Translations under genes and position numbers: made by a program
The notes under the pieces: generated by a model
Databases searched by the model: none
Told to the model about the DNA's origin: nothing
What the model saw: only the letters and a program-made list of their open reading frames with translations
Origin: Candidatus Uhrbacteria bacterium
Lineage (GTDB): Bacteria > Patescibacteriota > Patescibacteriia > UBA9934
Direction: 5' to 3'
Assembly: GCA_018673485.1 (NCBI GenBank)
Contig: JABHCP010000012.1
Location: forward strand, 30,393 to 94,392
DNA: 64,000 nt
In this document: piece after piece, positions 8,035 to 17,391 of the stretch
Numbering within the stretch: the stretch's first letter is position 1
Layout: the number at the start of each line of letters is the position of its first letter

Positions 8035-9760
8035 AATAATATTTAGAATACTTGCTTAATATTGTAACATTGTCTGGAAGTTCTTTTAATCTTTTCAGGA
8101 TTTCTTTTCTTTGTTTATTGTCTGTTGTTAGTAGAAATGAGCCTTCTTGTTCAATACATTCATCGCGAATGTCACTTGGAACTAAGTCCAATTTCCCTGA
8201 CATGATGAATTGATCAGCGTATGGAGGAAGTTTATATTGTTCTCTTAGTTCATTTTCTTGTTCAAGAAACGATTCCGAATCCAGCATCGGTTTGATAACT
8301 TTCGGCATCCAGGTTTGAATGATGCATTGCGCTTTATGGTGATGTGCCATGTGCATAATTCGATGCAATCGATACGCAGTTGTGATGGAAGATTCGTAAT
8401 TGTCACCTAGTGATTTCTCCGCCATCAGTTCAACTATTAACTCGAATCTATTTTCCGGAAATGGTTTGTAGATACTTTGAAAGTAGTGCTCGGTGACGAT
8501 TGAAACATCGGCGTTCGAATCAGTTGAGTGCTCTTTGTCAATTACTTGAATTTTCGCATTCGTAAATTTCTTTTGCAGATTGTCAGCGATTTTTTTGTTG
8601 CCAATCCCTCGTGTGCTTAGTGTTTTTTTGTTGCATGCCGGGCATGCCTTTGGTATCCACATTTCCGTTGCGCAAACCGGGCATACGAGATCATCCAAAC
8701 GGACATGAGGTTTTGAGCCGCAACTACCGCACATTGGAATGTGGTGACAGGATCGACACTGTAGATGCTTGGCAACACCCTTGCAGTTGTAGGAAATTAG
8801 CACTTTTTTGCCATTTTGTAAAGCATTAGATATGGCATCGAGTGAAGTTTCAGAAATCAGAGGGATGCCAGTTTTTTCCCTTGAGTCAGCTAGGTTGATG
8901 ATTTGAGCCTCGGCTCTCGGAGTTATGTGTATCGGATCATTTGCTTGTTCTAGTCTTGAAAGCGACCCCACGGTAATGATTTGTGCTTTGTGTTGGTCGG
9001 CGAGCAACTCTGCGGCAAGTCGGGCATTGTAACGAGGGTTACGGCTGTAGCTGACATGATCGTCACTTTGCGGGTCGAATACTATGACCGTATCGATTTT
9101 TTTAGCAGGGATGAGTGAACTTTGTTTTGTACCGATTAGAATCTTTAGGTCTCCGCTTTGCCAATTTTCCATTATCCATCTGCGCCTTGCTATTGAAGTA
9201 TGACCGTGTAGCTTTGCGTGAGGTTTAGATAAAAATTGTGAAATAGTTTCAGCGTCATATTCTCGCGGGCATAAAACAAGAACCTGATTCTTGGCTTTTT
9301 TTACAGCCAAGCTCATTGCCACTATTGAACCCTCAAAGCTTGTCTCGATCGAGCCGCGATTGTCGTTAAGGGATGTTCCAATTATCTTTGCAGTTTCTTT
9401 ATCCATCGATCCTGACTTTGAACCTGACCCGTGTTGTGGCGTTGATTTGGAATGCGTGAGGCCTTGCAAGGCACTTGTAAGTACCGTACTAGGGGACTGC
9501 AGTATTTGCTCTGCGATGAGCTCGAGTCGCTTGATGTCACCTGACGTCATGAACTTTGTGTATCGAATGGATTCGATTGTTTGCAATCGCTTAAACTCAG
9601 ATGTATCGGTAATCCCACGAACAATGCCCGCCACCGATCGACCTTTGAGGGGCATATAGACAAGATCGCCGATTTGCACGTTGAGCTCTTCTGAAATTTT
9701 GTAATCAAAAAACGCAAATCTCCTTGGCAATCGCCTTAATGGAATGATTTGCGCGTACAT
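8033..9760 (-). CDS. priA: Primosomal protein N' (PriA-like) with apparently degenerate helicase ATP-binding motifs
   Basis: N-terminal 3'-DNA-binding-like domain (MYAQIIPLRRLPRRFAFFDYKI...GRSVAGIV) and a C-terminal Cys4 zinc module (CRSC...CGSC...CPVC...CPAC); the expected Walker A GxGKT reads FEGSIVAMS and Walker B reads DPQSDDH. Confidence 0.65.
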   Translation of the reverse strand: MYAQIIPLRRLPRRFAFFDYKISEELNVQIGDLVYMPLKGRSVAGIVRGITDTSEFKRLQTIESIRYTKFMTSGDIKRLELIAEQILQSPSTVLTSALQGLTHSKSTPQHGSGSKSGSMDKETAKIIGTSLNDNRGSIETSFEGSIVAMSLAVKKAKNQVLVLCPREYDAETISQFLSKPHAKLHGHTSIARRRWIMENWQSGDLKILIGTKQSSLIPAKKIDTVIVFDPQSDDHVSYSRNPRYNARLAAELLADQHKAQIITVGSLSRLEQANDPIHITPRAEAQIINLADSREKTGIPLISETSLDAISNALQNGKKVLISYNCKGVAKHLQCRSCHHIPMCGSCGSKPHVRLDDLVCPVCATEMWIPKACPACNKKTLSTRGIGNKKIADNLQKKFTNAKIQVIDKEHSTDSNADVSIVTEHYFQSIYKPFPENRFELIVELMAEKSLGDNYESSITTAYRLHRIMHMAHHHKAQCIIQTWMPKVIKPMLDSESFLEQENELREQYKLPPYADQFIMSGKLDLVPSDIRDECIEQEGSFLLTTDNKQRKEILKRLKELPDNVTILSKYSKYY

Positions 9761-9795
9761 ATATTAATAAAAAGTTAAAGGCAGAAAGTTTAAAG

Positions 9796-10587
9796 TTATT
9801 TCAAAACGAAGTTGGCGACCATGAATCCAACACCAAACGGTGCTTCATAACTTAAAATACTTGGTTTGACTGATACTCGTTCTAAAAGTCCAAAAAGAAT
9901 CAATAGTTGTTGGTAGGCGGTTTGTTGCGCATTTTCTACAAGATCACTGTCTATACTGATCAATGCGGCTGTATTTTTCTGCGATACTAATTCCTTTATT
10001 TTTTCGTCAAATAACAGCCCATCTTTGTGAAATCCAGCTGGGGATTTACTCTCGAGCGCATGTGACAGGTCACCTGATGCGATCACTGCAATGCGTTTGT
10101 CTGCATTGAATACGATGTCCTTAAGCGCTTGTCCAAACTGAAAGTGAGCTTTGGCGTCCAAACTTGAATATGTGATGGGAATGAGTTTAACGTCCGGTAG
10201 CTTTTCGGTGAGCAATCCAATCGCGACAGCCGACCCGTGGTCGAGTGCTTCGTCTGTGGTGAGCGTTACAGGCTGATCTTGATTGCGGAGATTTCGTTGT
10301 AGCCGGTCGATTGTTTCTATATCGGGGTGGAGTTTGCGATCAAACCCTAGGTCTCCAAACGCAGACATGTCAAAGGTATACGGATTGCTGATATTAATTG
10401 AAAACGCATCCTGATAAGTTGTTGGGTGCTCACTCAAAAGCAAGATAACGTCAGGATGTGACGCATATAGTTCTTCGGCTAGCTCTTCCATCGCATCGAG
10501 TGTTTTTTGAAGTTTCACACCTTTTTCCTTGTGGATCGAGGGAAGGAGTAGGGGGGAACTTGGAGTAAGTGCTGCAAATACTAACAT
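9796..10587 (-). CDS. MEMO1 / AmmeMemoRadiSam system protein B-like (class III extradiol dioxygenase fold)
   Basis: IASGDLSHALESKSPAGFHKDG and surrounding pattern resemble the MEMO1 family; family-level assignment only. Confidence 0.5.
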   Translation of the reverse strand: MLVFAALTPSSPLLLPSIHKEKGVKLQKTLDAMEELAEELYASHPDVILLLSEHPTTYQDAFSINISNPYTFDMSAFGDLGFDRKLHPDIETIDRLQRNLRNQDQPVTLTTDEALDHGSAVAIGLLTEKLPDVKLIPITYSSLDAKAHFQFGQALKDIVFNADKRIAVIASGDLSHALESKSPAGFHKDGLLFDEKIKELVSQKNTAALISIDSDLVENAQQTAYQQLLILFGLLERVSVKPSILSYEAPFGVGFMVANFVLK

Positions 10588-10597
10588 AGTAGAAGAT

Positions 10598-11941
10598 TTA
10601 TTCGATTGCGTCACCGAGTCGGTGCAATGCGAGCGTTTCGTCTGATACGTCAATTATGTCGTTCCATTGCCAACCAAATGAGTTAAATATGCTTTCTGAT
10701 CCAATCGGTAGTCTCTCACCCTCGGCAATAACGTATACGGTTGGATCGGTTGTTGTCTTAATAAGATATCCGTCAGGGATTAGTAGGTGAGCGGCCTCAG
10801 CGTATTGCTCGACCTCCACTGGTTCGATAATTCTAGATGATAATCCAAAGCGAGCGAGCGCTATATCTTGAGTTAAAACTGCGTGTCGAAGCCCACCTTG
10901 GAGATAGTAATATGCATCATTTGTAGAGAGCTGAACTAGTTCACCGGTAACGCTTGCGGTGGACGCTGTGATTGTTGCACCTTGCTCGTAAAGCTCCACG
11001 TCGTCACTGTCTATTTCATTTAATTCATCATCTTTAAATCCAAGTGTGTAAAATGAATCAACAGAATCAAACGGCCTTAGTGAATCATCAACTAGTAAAT
11101 AGATGTTCTCATCGTCATCATGGAGAAGGGAATAGTTCGGGAAATCAATTGCCCGCCCGTCGGAATAATTATCAAGTGTTTCAGGATTAACCTCTATGAT
11201 TAGATCGGAGTTAAAGCGTGATAATAGGGCGGACCAACTATTAATCGGTCGCTTGAATCCATATTCAATGTAGTAAACTCCGCTTTCGCCTGCAGCCTGC
11301 AATAGCGAGCCGGTGGGGTAGTTAGTGCTAAACCATCTGTCCCAAATCGTGACAAAGTTTTCATTTCCATGCAGGTGCGGCGTGTAGGCATAGAGTGCTG
11401 CCGTCGCTGCATTGATTGGTGTAACGGTGGTGTCATCGATCTCTACATCAACACCTGGACCGTACACACCTTGGGTGGTTCCGTAATTATCTATGTCTTC
11501 TAAGTATCCTTCCGAGAGTTGCATTGCAGCCGAGTTGACTTGTTTTCCAAATCCTTTCCAGCGCTGTATTGCCTCGTCCTGCTTGGAGCAGTCATCGCAA
11601 ACCGCATAACCCATAGCCCAGTCCAACTGACTATCAGACGGGTCATCATCCTCAACTAGTGATTGTTCTTTTTGCAACATCACCAAAAGTACTTTTGGAC
11701 TGATGCCTCTAGTCTGTGCAGTTTCCCAAATTATATTGGTTGCATAGGTATCGTCACCTTCCCAGTCTTCAGTTAAATAATCACCAAGAAACCCTCTGTT
11801 TAAGTAATGCTGAATTTGATTGAAGTCCAGAGCAAAAGGATCAGTAAAGTCCCAGTCAGAAATCAGGTAATTTGGGTCAAAAGCAAATACCTGAGCAGGG
11901 AACAGTAAAGACAGGAATATAAACATGACAAGCTTTCTCAT
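10598..11941 (-). CDS. Hypothetical secreted protein
   Basis: MRKLVMFIFLSLLFPAQVFA signal peptide; acidic, Tyr/Asp-rich mature part. Confidence 0.5.
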   Translation of the reverse strand: MRKLVMFIFLSLLFPAQVFAFDPNYLISDWDFTDPFALDFNQIQHYLNRGFLGDYLTEDWEGDDTYATNIIWETAQTRGISPKVLLVMLQKEQSLVEDDDPSDSQLDWAMGYAVCDDCSKQDEAIQRWKGFGKQVNSAAMQLSEGYLEDIDNYGTTQGVYGPGVDVEIDDTTVTPINAATAALYAYTPHLHGNENFVTIWDRWFSTNYPTGSLLQAAGESGVYYIEYGFKRPINSWSALLSRFNSDLIIEVNPETLDNYSDGRAIDFPNYSLLHDDDENIYLLVDDSLRPFDSVDSFYTLGFKDDELNEIDSDDVELYEQGATITASTASVTGELVQLSTNDAYYYLQGGLRHAVLTQDIALARFGLSSRIIEPVEVEQYAEAAHLLIPDGYLIKTTTDPTVYVIAEGERLPIGSESIFNSFGWQWNDIIDVSDETLALHRLGDAIE

Positions 11942-12090
11942 AGTGGAGTTATTATAGCAGTTATCAGGGCTCAATGCACAGCGCTCAGTGTATGATTTTG
12001 GTGCCTATTAGTGCTCTAAAACTGTGAACTGAGTACTGTAAACTGTGTACTTTTATTGCCTAAAATTAGCCCCAAATCCACGGTTAGCTA

Positions 12091-12119
12091 TTGACAAACT
12101 TGTCATTTTGTGCTATAGT
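12091..12119 (+). promoter_or_regulatory. Sigma70-like promoter TTGACA-17bp-TATAGT reading into a high-GC locus
   Basis: ttgacaaacttgtcattttgtgctatagt; exact consensus -35 with a 17-bp spacer. Confidence 0.45.
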
Positions 12120-12363
12120 ACTTCTTGTAAGATCAAGCAATTGATCCCTTGCAAACAACTTGAGAGAGCCCTAACTTCTGGGTAAAAGAAGTATCCATCA
12201 ACATCGCTATTGTGGCGTGTTGGTAGAAAGCCGGTTATCTCTCTTAATTAAGAAAGGTAGCCGGTTTTCTTTATAGGTGAGGTAGTCAGACCTGAATAGA
12301 CAATGTCTAAGTAGATCTGACCACCTCGACCACCACCACAAGCCCACCCGGGCTGGAGCCACC

Positions 12364-12444
12364 ATGAACACCATCCTCTCCCTGATCGCCGCCTTCACTT
12401 GCACCGCCGGCCCCGTCGCGCTGATCGCCAGCGTGATGATGTAG
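12364..12444 (+). CDS. Putative 26-aa hydrophobic peptide (MNTILSLIAAFTCTAGPVALIASVMM)
   Basis: Hairpin (agcccacccgggct), GGAGCCACC, ATG; followed by the hairpin cacctgattcgtcaggtg; resembles the signal peptide of the lipoprotein at 12681. Confidence 0.3.
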   Translation: MNTILSLIAAFTCTAGPVALIASVMM

Positions 12445-12680
12445 TCCTCGTGCTACATCGGCCATCTTCTCACCTGATTCGTCAGGTGAGCTACCCCCAA
12501 CCTTTGATCAAGTATCGAAGTTTGAGAGTAGCTCATAGCACTCCTCGAGCATAGGAAAGAGCGCACCTTACATATCTCTCACTCCACTTTTTCCTTTGCT
12601 CAAGGAGCGTATGCGAGTCGAATTTCTCGACCAACACGCAAGAATGACCCCCATCGCCTTCGGGCGAGAGTGAGAACATC

Positions 12681-13196
12681 ATGAACATGACCAACATCCT
12701 GCGCGTCGCCCTGTACTCCCTGATCGCCGCCCTGAGCCTGACCACCACCGGTTGCTTCGACCTGTCGAACGCTGGTGTGGACTGCTACTGGGACAGTGAG
12801 TCCGGCGCCCCCATCTGCGATGTGGGTGTGGGTACCGGCTACGGCAGTGGCAGCGGCAGCTACGAAGACACCGTCTGGGTGATGTGGGAGTCCTCCAAGC
12901 CAGAGCGTTTGACGGACTTCACCATGACGTGCACGTTCGATGACCGTGAGAACGAGAAGTTCTCCATCATCGCTGACGTCTATATCACCGACAGTTACTA
13001 CGTGGATGCCTATTTTCCGGGCGTGCCCAGCCACTTCGATGCAGTGTGCAGTGGTATGGCATACTTCAACGGAGTGGAGATCCCGTTGTTCTCCGGTGAG
13101 GTCCCGACCGGCGACGTCCTAGTCGTTCAGTGGGAAGATGAGCAAGTTGACAATTTCTGGGCTCGTAACAACGAGCTGGATATTGACTACAACTAG
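12681..13196 (+). CDS. Hypothetical lipoprotein encoded in a high-GC locus
   Basis: MNMTNILRVALYSLIAALSLTTTGC lipobox-like signal; hairpin (cgccttcgggcg) about 20 nt upstream of the ATG; GC about 58%. Confidence 0.55.
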   Translation: MNMTNILRVALYSLIAALSLTTTGCFDLSNAGVDCYWDSESGAPICDVGVGTGYGSGSGSYEDTVWVMWESSKPERLTDFTMTCTFDDRENEKFSIIADVYITDSYYVDAYFPGVPSHFDAVCSGMAYFNGVEIPLFSGEVPTGDVLVVQWEDEQVDNFWARNNELDIDYN

Positions 13197-13263
13197 CCTC
13201 ACCATCCAACCCCTCCTTCTCGACCCCCGCATGCCTAGCATCGCGGGGGTTCGACACGTCTAG

Positions 13264-13300
13264 GAAATGTTTAAGTTGTTGAAAATGTTTAAAGTGTTTA
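13264..13300. repeat. AT-rich dispersed repeat family R4 (GTTTAAGTTGTTGAAAATGTTTAAAGTGTTTAC)
   Basis: Related copies at 17021-17100, 18858-18895 (inverted), 22705-22742 and 43421-43510. Confidence 0.5.
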
Positions 13301-13480
13301 CTTTGAGATAAAAAATTATCCATGATATGAGCGATCGCTCACATCATGGATAATTTGTATGCATAACTATTTTGCAAAACAGGATGGCTGCGCCAGCCGA
13401 AGCCAACATCTGTATAGCTGTGAATCTATCTCCGCAGAACAATCTTTGATATACCACGGTGATAGTAAAACAGCGAAGGC

Positions 13481-13557
13481 TGGTGGACCCTACCGGGCTC
13501 GAACCGGTGACCTCTTGCCTGCCAGGCAAGCGCTCTAGCCAACTGAGCTAAGGGCCC
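13481..13557 (-). tRNA. tRNA-Ala (anticodon GGC), CCA encoded
   Basis: Manual fold: acceptor GGGCCCT/AGGGTCC with a G3:U70 pair; D arm GCTC/GAGC; anticodon loop CUGGCAG; T arm ACCGG-TTCGAGC-CCGGT; discriminator A. Confidence 0.85.
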
Positions 13558-13566
13558 ATGAACACG

Positions 13567-13575
13567 ATTATATCA
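13567..13575 (-). promoter_or_regulatory. Extended -10 element TGATATAAT upstream of tRNA-Ala
   Basis: Minus strand reads TGATATAAT about 11 nt before the tRNA 5' end, preceded by the perfect palindrome CAGGCTTAGCC-N5-GGCTAAGCCTG (13574-13600). Confidence 0.35.
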
Positions 13576-13639
13576 GGCTTAGCCATTTAGGCTAAGCCTG
13601 ATTGACTAGGTCTGTGAATCTCAGTTTTGTATTTATATG

Positions 13640-14260
13640 ATATAGCAAAGAGCCGCCTGGCAGAGATTGCGAGGAGGCTCAAGGGTGCTCACACCGGCCG
13701 AGTAGGTCATGGCGCACGGCGATCGGTTTGGTGACCGATGTGGGCAGGGCGAACGTGTAGAATATGACCCGTACCAGGCCTTTTCGAAGTCCCACTCCCG
13801 GTTGGGTGTGATTTTTCAAGGCACAGGTCATAAGAGGGTGGCTGCGGAGCGGGTCATGGCCCTCGCTCACACACCTCCACGGCACTTGCAGTACGTCGCA
13901 TCGTTCGATTGCTCCCGGCCCGCACTAATGTTATGGGCTTTGGCGTCGATCGCGTCGTTTGGTAGCGTGGCCTGTTGAGGTGCTTAGGCTGGAGCTCACC
14001 GCTCCGCAGCCTGGTTTGAAAGAGGGGGTTCTCACGCGACGCGCTTCCTCCCTAGTGACTGCTCAGCGTGATTGCTGTGGTGGTACGACAGTTGCCGGAT
14101 CGTCGATCACCCGCCCCGAAAGCCCGGGACTTGCATTTGGACTCTTTCTAACCAAGATTGGTGGCCGTGAAAAGCAGCGTCGACCTGGCAGTCGATACAG
14201 TCCGAATTGCTCGAACCACACTGCGGACGGTCTGTCGCCCTCACGGCCATAGAATGAACT
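13640..14260. other. About 620 bp high-GC segment without a convincing ORF: candidate structured non-coding RNA or decayed foreign cassette
   Basis: GC about 60%, yet only short out-of-phase ORFs of 100 aa or less on either strand; RNase P and tmRNA hallmark motifs were looked for and not found. Confidence 0.3.
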
Positions 14261-14305
14261 TGAGATAATTAAAGCATTGCGCCAGTGAATTGTCAAGAAT
14301 AAGCA

Positions 14306-14327
14306 AAAACCCACATTGTGGGTTTTT
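14306..14327. terminator. Bidirectional terminator aaaacccacattgtgggttttt, plus a second hairpin at 14334-14358
   Basis: Perfect stem with A/T runs on both sides, immediately downstream of clpB. Confidence 0.55.
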
Positions 14328-14363
14328 GTTGATGGATTCCTGCTTTCGCAGGAATGACAAGTT

Positions 14364-17003
14364 TTATCGAACAGTGATTTTTACTGCGTCTTGTATGACG
14401 TCGATTGTTACGGTGCTTTCTTCTGGGACTTCGCCTTGCACTATCTTCATGGCTAGTGGGTCCAGGATTTTGTGTTGGATGATTCTCTTGAGCGGACGAG
14501 CGCCGTATTGAGGATCATAGCCTTCCTTTGCTAGATACTTTTTGGCACGCTCAGTAACCTTCACTATAATCTGTTTTTGACTGCTTAGGCGCTGTGCCAC
14601 TAAGTCAACTTGGAGTTGAACAATGTCGGCGATGTGACTTTCTGAAAGTGCGTGGAAGAAGATTATTTCATCCACTCGGTTTAGGAACTCTGGTTTGAAT
14701 TGTTCGCGCATCATTTCCATCACGCGGTCTTTAACTCCGTTGGATTCATTGTGCTCGCGGACAGAGTCATCATCAAAACCAATGTTTCCAGCTTTTTCGG
14801 AATTGAGTATAAACTCAGAGCCGATATTGGATGTCATTATAATGATTGTGTTTTTGAAGTTCACACGTCGACCCTTGGCGTCAGTTAGGTGGCCGTCATC
14901 CAAAACCTGCAAAAGCATGTTGAAAATGTCTGGGTGTGCTTTTTCGATTTCATCAAAGAGAATGACAGAGTAGGGGCGTCGTCTCACTTTTTCTGTAAGT
15001 TGTCCGGCCTCATCGTGGCCGATGTATCCAGGAGGGGATCCGATCATTTTGCTTACACTATGCTTTTCCATATACTCTGACATGTCCACGCGGATGAGTG
15101 CTTCCTCGTCGTCAAACATGAAGTCTGCCAATACCTTTGCCAGCTCTGTTTTACCAACTCCAGTTGGACCCAAGAATATAAATGATCCGATCGGTTGCTT
15201 TTCCTCACTGATTCCAGCGCGTGATCGTCGCAGGGCATTGCTCACCGCAGTAATCGCTTCGTCTTGCCCGATAACTTGAGATTTCAAATCATCTTCCATG
15301 GTGGCAAGTTTTTCCATTTCACCCTGGAGCATCTTGCTCATTGGAATGTGTGTCCAGCGCGAAACGATTGATGCGATTTCTTCTGGCCCGATTTCTTCTT
15401 TTAATAGCCCACGTTCTTCTTGGAAGTTTTTAAGTTCAGTCTGAGCATCCTCCAGGTTTTCTCGTTTTTCAGGAATTACGCTGTAACGGATCTCTGCAAC
15501 TTTTTGCAAATCACCTTTACGCTCTTCAATGTCTGATTCGTTCGTAAGTTTGTCGATTTCATCCTTTAGATTTCTAATCTTCTGGATAATTGCTTTTTCG
15601 TTTTTCCAACGCAGCTCAAGCTCTGAGGATTGCTCTTTTGAGTCACCAATTGATTTTTCGATTTGCTTCAGTCTTTGCTTTGACTGCTTGTCTTTTTCTT
15701 TGAGTAGTGATTGCTTTTCAATCTCCAAGCGCATTTCTTCACGCTTGAGCCGATCAAGCTCCTCAGGCATTGAGTCGATTTGCATTCTAAGTGCTGCCGC
15801 TGACTCATCCATCAAGTCGATCGCCTTGTCTGGCAAGAATCGCTCAGTAATGTAGCGACTTGAAAGCTCAGCTGCTGCAACAAGTGCTGCGTCACTAATC
15901 CGCACTCCGTGGTGAATCTCGTATTTTTCCTTAATACCACGCAGGATCGCAATGGTATCAGGCACAGATGGTTCCTCAACTATCACGGGTTGGAATCTAC
16001 GTTCAAGCGCTGCGTCTTTCTCAATGTACTTTTGATATTCTTTAAGTGTTGTTGCACCAATCACACGCATCTCACCACGAGCAAGAGCAGGCTTTAGCAT
16101 GTTACTCGCATCCATGGGGCTTTCTTCACCTTTACCAGCACCAACTAAGTTATGTAGCTCATCGATGAATAAAATCATCTTACCGTCTGACTGTTCAATT
16201 TCCTTTACCACCGCTTTTAGACGTTCTTCAAACTCACCGCGGAATTTTGTTCCAGCAACGAGTGCTCCTAGGTCAAGTGAGATAATCTCGCGGTTCTTTA
16301 GCATTTCAGGAACATCTTCGGCAACAATTCTCTGGGCTAGTCCTTCAGCTATTGCAGTCTTACCAACTCCAGCTTCTCCAATGAGCACTGGGTTGTTCTT
16401 TTTGCGGCGAACTAATACTTGCATCAGCCGTCGAATTTCTTCGTCTCGTCCAATGACTGGGTCGAGTTTTCCAAGGCGTGCATATTCAGTTAGGTTTATG
16501 CTGTATTTTTCCAGCGCCTGGAACTTTGCTTCCGGATCAGCCGAATCCACCTTTTGATTTCCACGCACATCTTTGAGCGCTTCAAGGGTTGGTTTTACTT
16601 CAATTCCTTGACCAGTTAAGAACTGAGCGACTTGTTTATTTTGCAAGAGCGCTAAAAACAAATGTTCTGTTGAGATAAAATCATCACCAAATTGTTTAGC
16701 TTGGTTTGCGCTGTTTTGCATTGTCTTAGCTAGGGCAGGGGAGAGAAGAACCTGTCCCATTCCACTTTGATTAAAACCAAAGTTTTTTGGAAGAGATTGC
16801 AGTATTTGATCGACCTGCGAAATAAGTCGATTCACGTTGATCTTCATTTTTTGCAAGAGTGACGGAATAATTCCAGCGTCTTGATTTATAAGACTAGCAA
16901 GAAGATGAATCGGGTCAACCGCCTGCTGACCATTTTCATTAGCCAGCATCTGAGCCACCTGAATGGCTTCCTGAGATTTAGAAGTAAAGTTATTGGGTAT
17001 CAT
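14364..17003 (-). CDS. clpB: ATP-dependent chaperone ClpB (AAA+ disaggregase)
   Basis: 879 aa; two AAA+ modules ([18 protein letters not shown] and [15 protein letters not shown]) separated by a coiled-coil M domain. Confidence 0.9.
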   Translation of the reverse strand: MIPNNFTSKSQEAIQVAQMLANENGQQAVDPIHLLASLINQDAGIIPSLLQKMKINVNRLISQVDQILQSLPKNFGFNQSGMGQVLLSPALAKTMQNSANQAKQFGDDFISTEHLFLALLQNKQVAQFLTGQGIEVKPTLEALKDVRGNQKVDSADPEAKFQALEKYSINLTEYARLGKLDPVIGRDEEIRRLMQVLVRRKKNNPVLIGEAGVGKTAIAEGLAQRIVAEDVPEMLKNREIISLDLGALVAGTKFRGEFEERLKAVVKEIEQSDGKMILFIDELHNLVGAGKGEESPMDASNMLKPALARGEMRVIGATTLKEYQKYIEKDAALERRFQPVIVEEPSVPDTIAILRGIKEKYEIHHGVRISDAALVAAAELSSRYITERFLPDKAIDLMDESAAALRMQIDSMPEELDRLKREEMRLEIEKQSLLKEKDKQSKQRLKQIEKSIGDSKEQSSELELRWKNEKAIIQKIRNLKDEIDKLTNESDIEERKGDLQKVAEIRYSVIPEKRENLEDAQTELKNFQEERGLLKEEIGPEEIASIVSRWTHIPMSKMLQGEMEKLATMEDDLKSQVIGQDEAITAVSNALRRSRAGISEEKQPIGSFIFLGPTGVGKTELAKVLADFMFDDEEALIRVDMSEYMEKHSVSKMIGSPPGYIGHDEAGQLTEKVRRRPYSVILFDEIEKAHPDIFNMLLQVLDDGHLTDAKGRRVNFKNTIIIMTSNIGSEFILNSEKAGNIGFDDDSVREHNESNGVKDRVMEMMREQFKPEFLNRVDEIIFFHALSESHIADIVQLQVDLVAQRLSSQKQIIVKVTERAKKYLAKEGYDPQYGARPLKRIIQHKILDPLAMKIVQGEVPEESTVTIDVIQDAVKITVR

Positions 17004-17020
17004 AATGATTGTTGAAAGTG

Positions 17021-17100
17021 ATGAAGATGTTTGAAATATTTACTTCGAAATAAACACTTTAAACAAGTGAGGCCAGAGGCCAAACGATTGGACATTTTAA
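17021..17100. repeat. Repeat family R4, long copy (about 75% identical to 43426-43510)
   Basis: gtttgaaatatttacttcgaaataaacactttaaacaagtgaggccagaggccaaacgattggacattttaaac aligned by eye to 43430-43510. Confidence 0.55.
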
Positions 17101-17148
17101 ACATTATTAGCACTCCCAAGTATAGAGTGCTAATTCGAATTCGTCAAA

Positions 17149-17343
17149 CTGTGGACAGAGGTTCAACCTCTGTCCACAGGTAGGAGTCGAACTCTCAGAG
17201 GATAAGCTTCCTGTGGATAACAGTTAAACTGCTGTCCACAGCGGATGCGAGAAACCCACCGGCGCGAGGCGGCGGTGGGTAGAAGGCTAGCAGTCCGACT
17301 CTCGGGAGCCGGACTCTCAGATGGGGAACTTCCTGTGGATAAG
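17149..17343. promoter_or_regulatory. Cluster of five DnaA-box-like 9-mers with a 13-bp perfect inverted repeat and a roughly 31-bp direct repeat, in the clpB upstream intergenic region
   Basis: TTATCCACA, the exact consensus, on the minus strand at 17212-17220 and 17335-17343; CTGTCCACA variants at 17150-17158 (minus strand), 17170-17178 and 17232-17240; palindrome ctgtggacagagg-ttcaa-cctctgtccacag at 17149-17179. Confidence 0.45.
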
Positions 17344-17391
17344 TGGCAGAACATTGTGAATAAGGGGGATTTATCGTAGGATATAGTCATT

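Noticed and set aside
12533-13034. Minus-strand ORFs 12533-12748 and 12600-13034 in the high-GC locus
   Set aside because: They are antisense to the lipoprotein gene, which has a signal peptide, a leader hairpin and an upstream promoter. They are artefacts of GC-rich sequence.
13640-14260. RNase P RNA or tmRNA assignment for the high-GC non-coding segment
   Set aside because: I checked both strands for GGAAAGUCCGGGC (P4), AGGGUGAAA-GGUGCGGUAAGAGCGCACC (CR-II), ACAGAACCCGGCUUA (CR-IV), the tmRNA GGAUUCGAC 5' motif, a T-arm-CCA 3' end pairing with the only GGGG run, and an ...ALAA-stop tag frame. None was present, so no named RNA family is claimed.
14695-16557. Several plus-strand ORFs of 60-150 aa inside the clpB locus
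   Set aside because: All are antisense to the intact 879-aa ClpB reading frame. Their translations are low-complexity and Ser/Phe/Cys-rich, with no start context.
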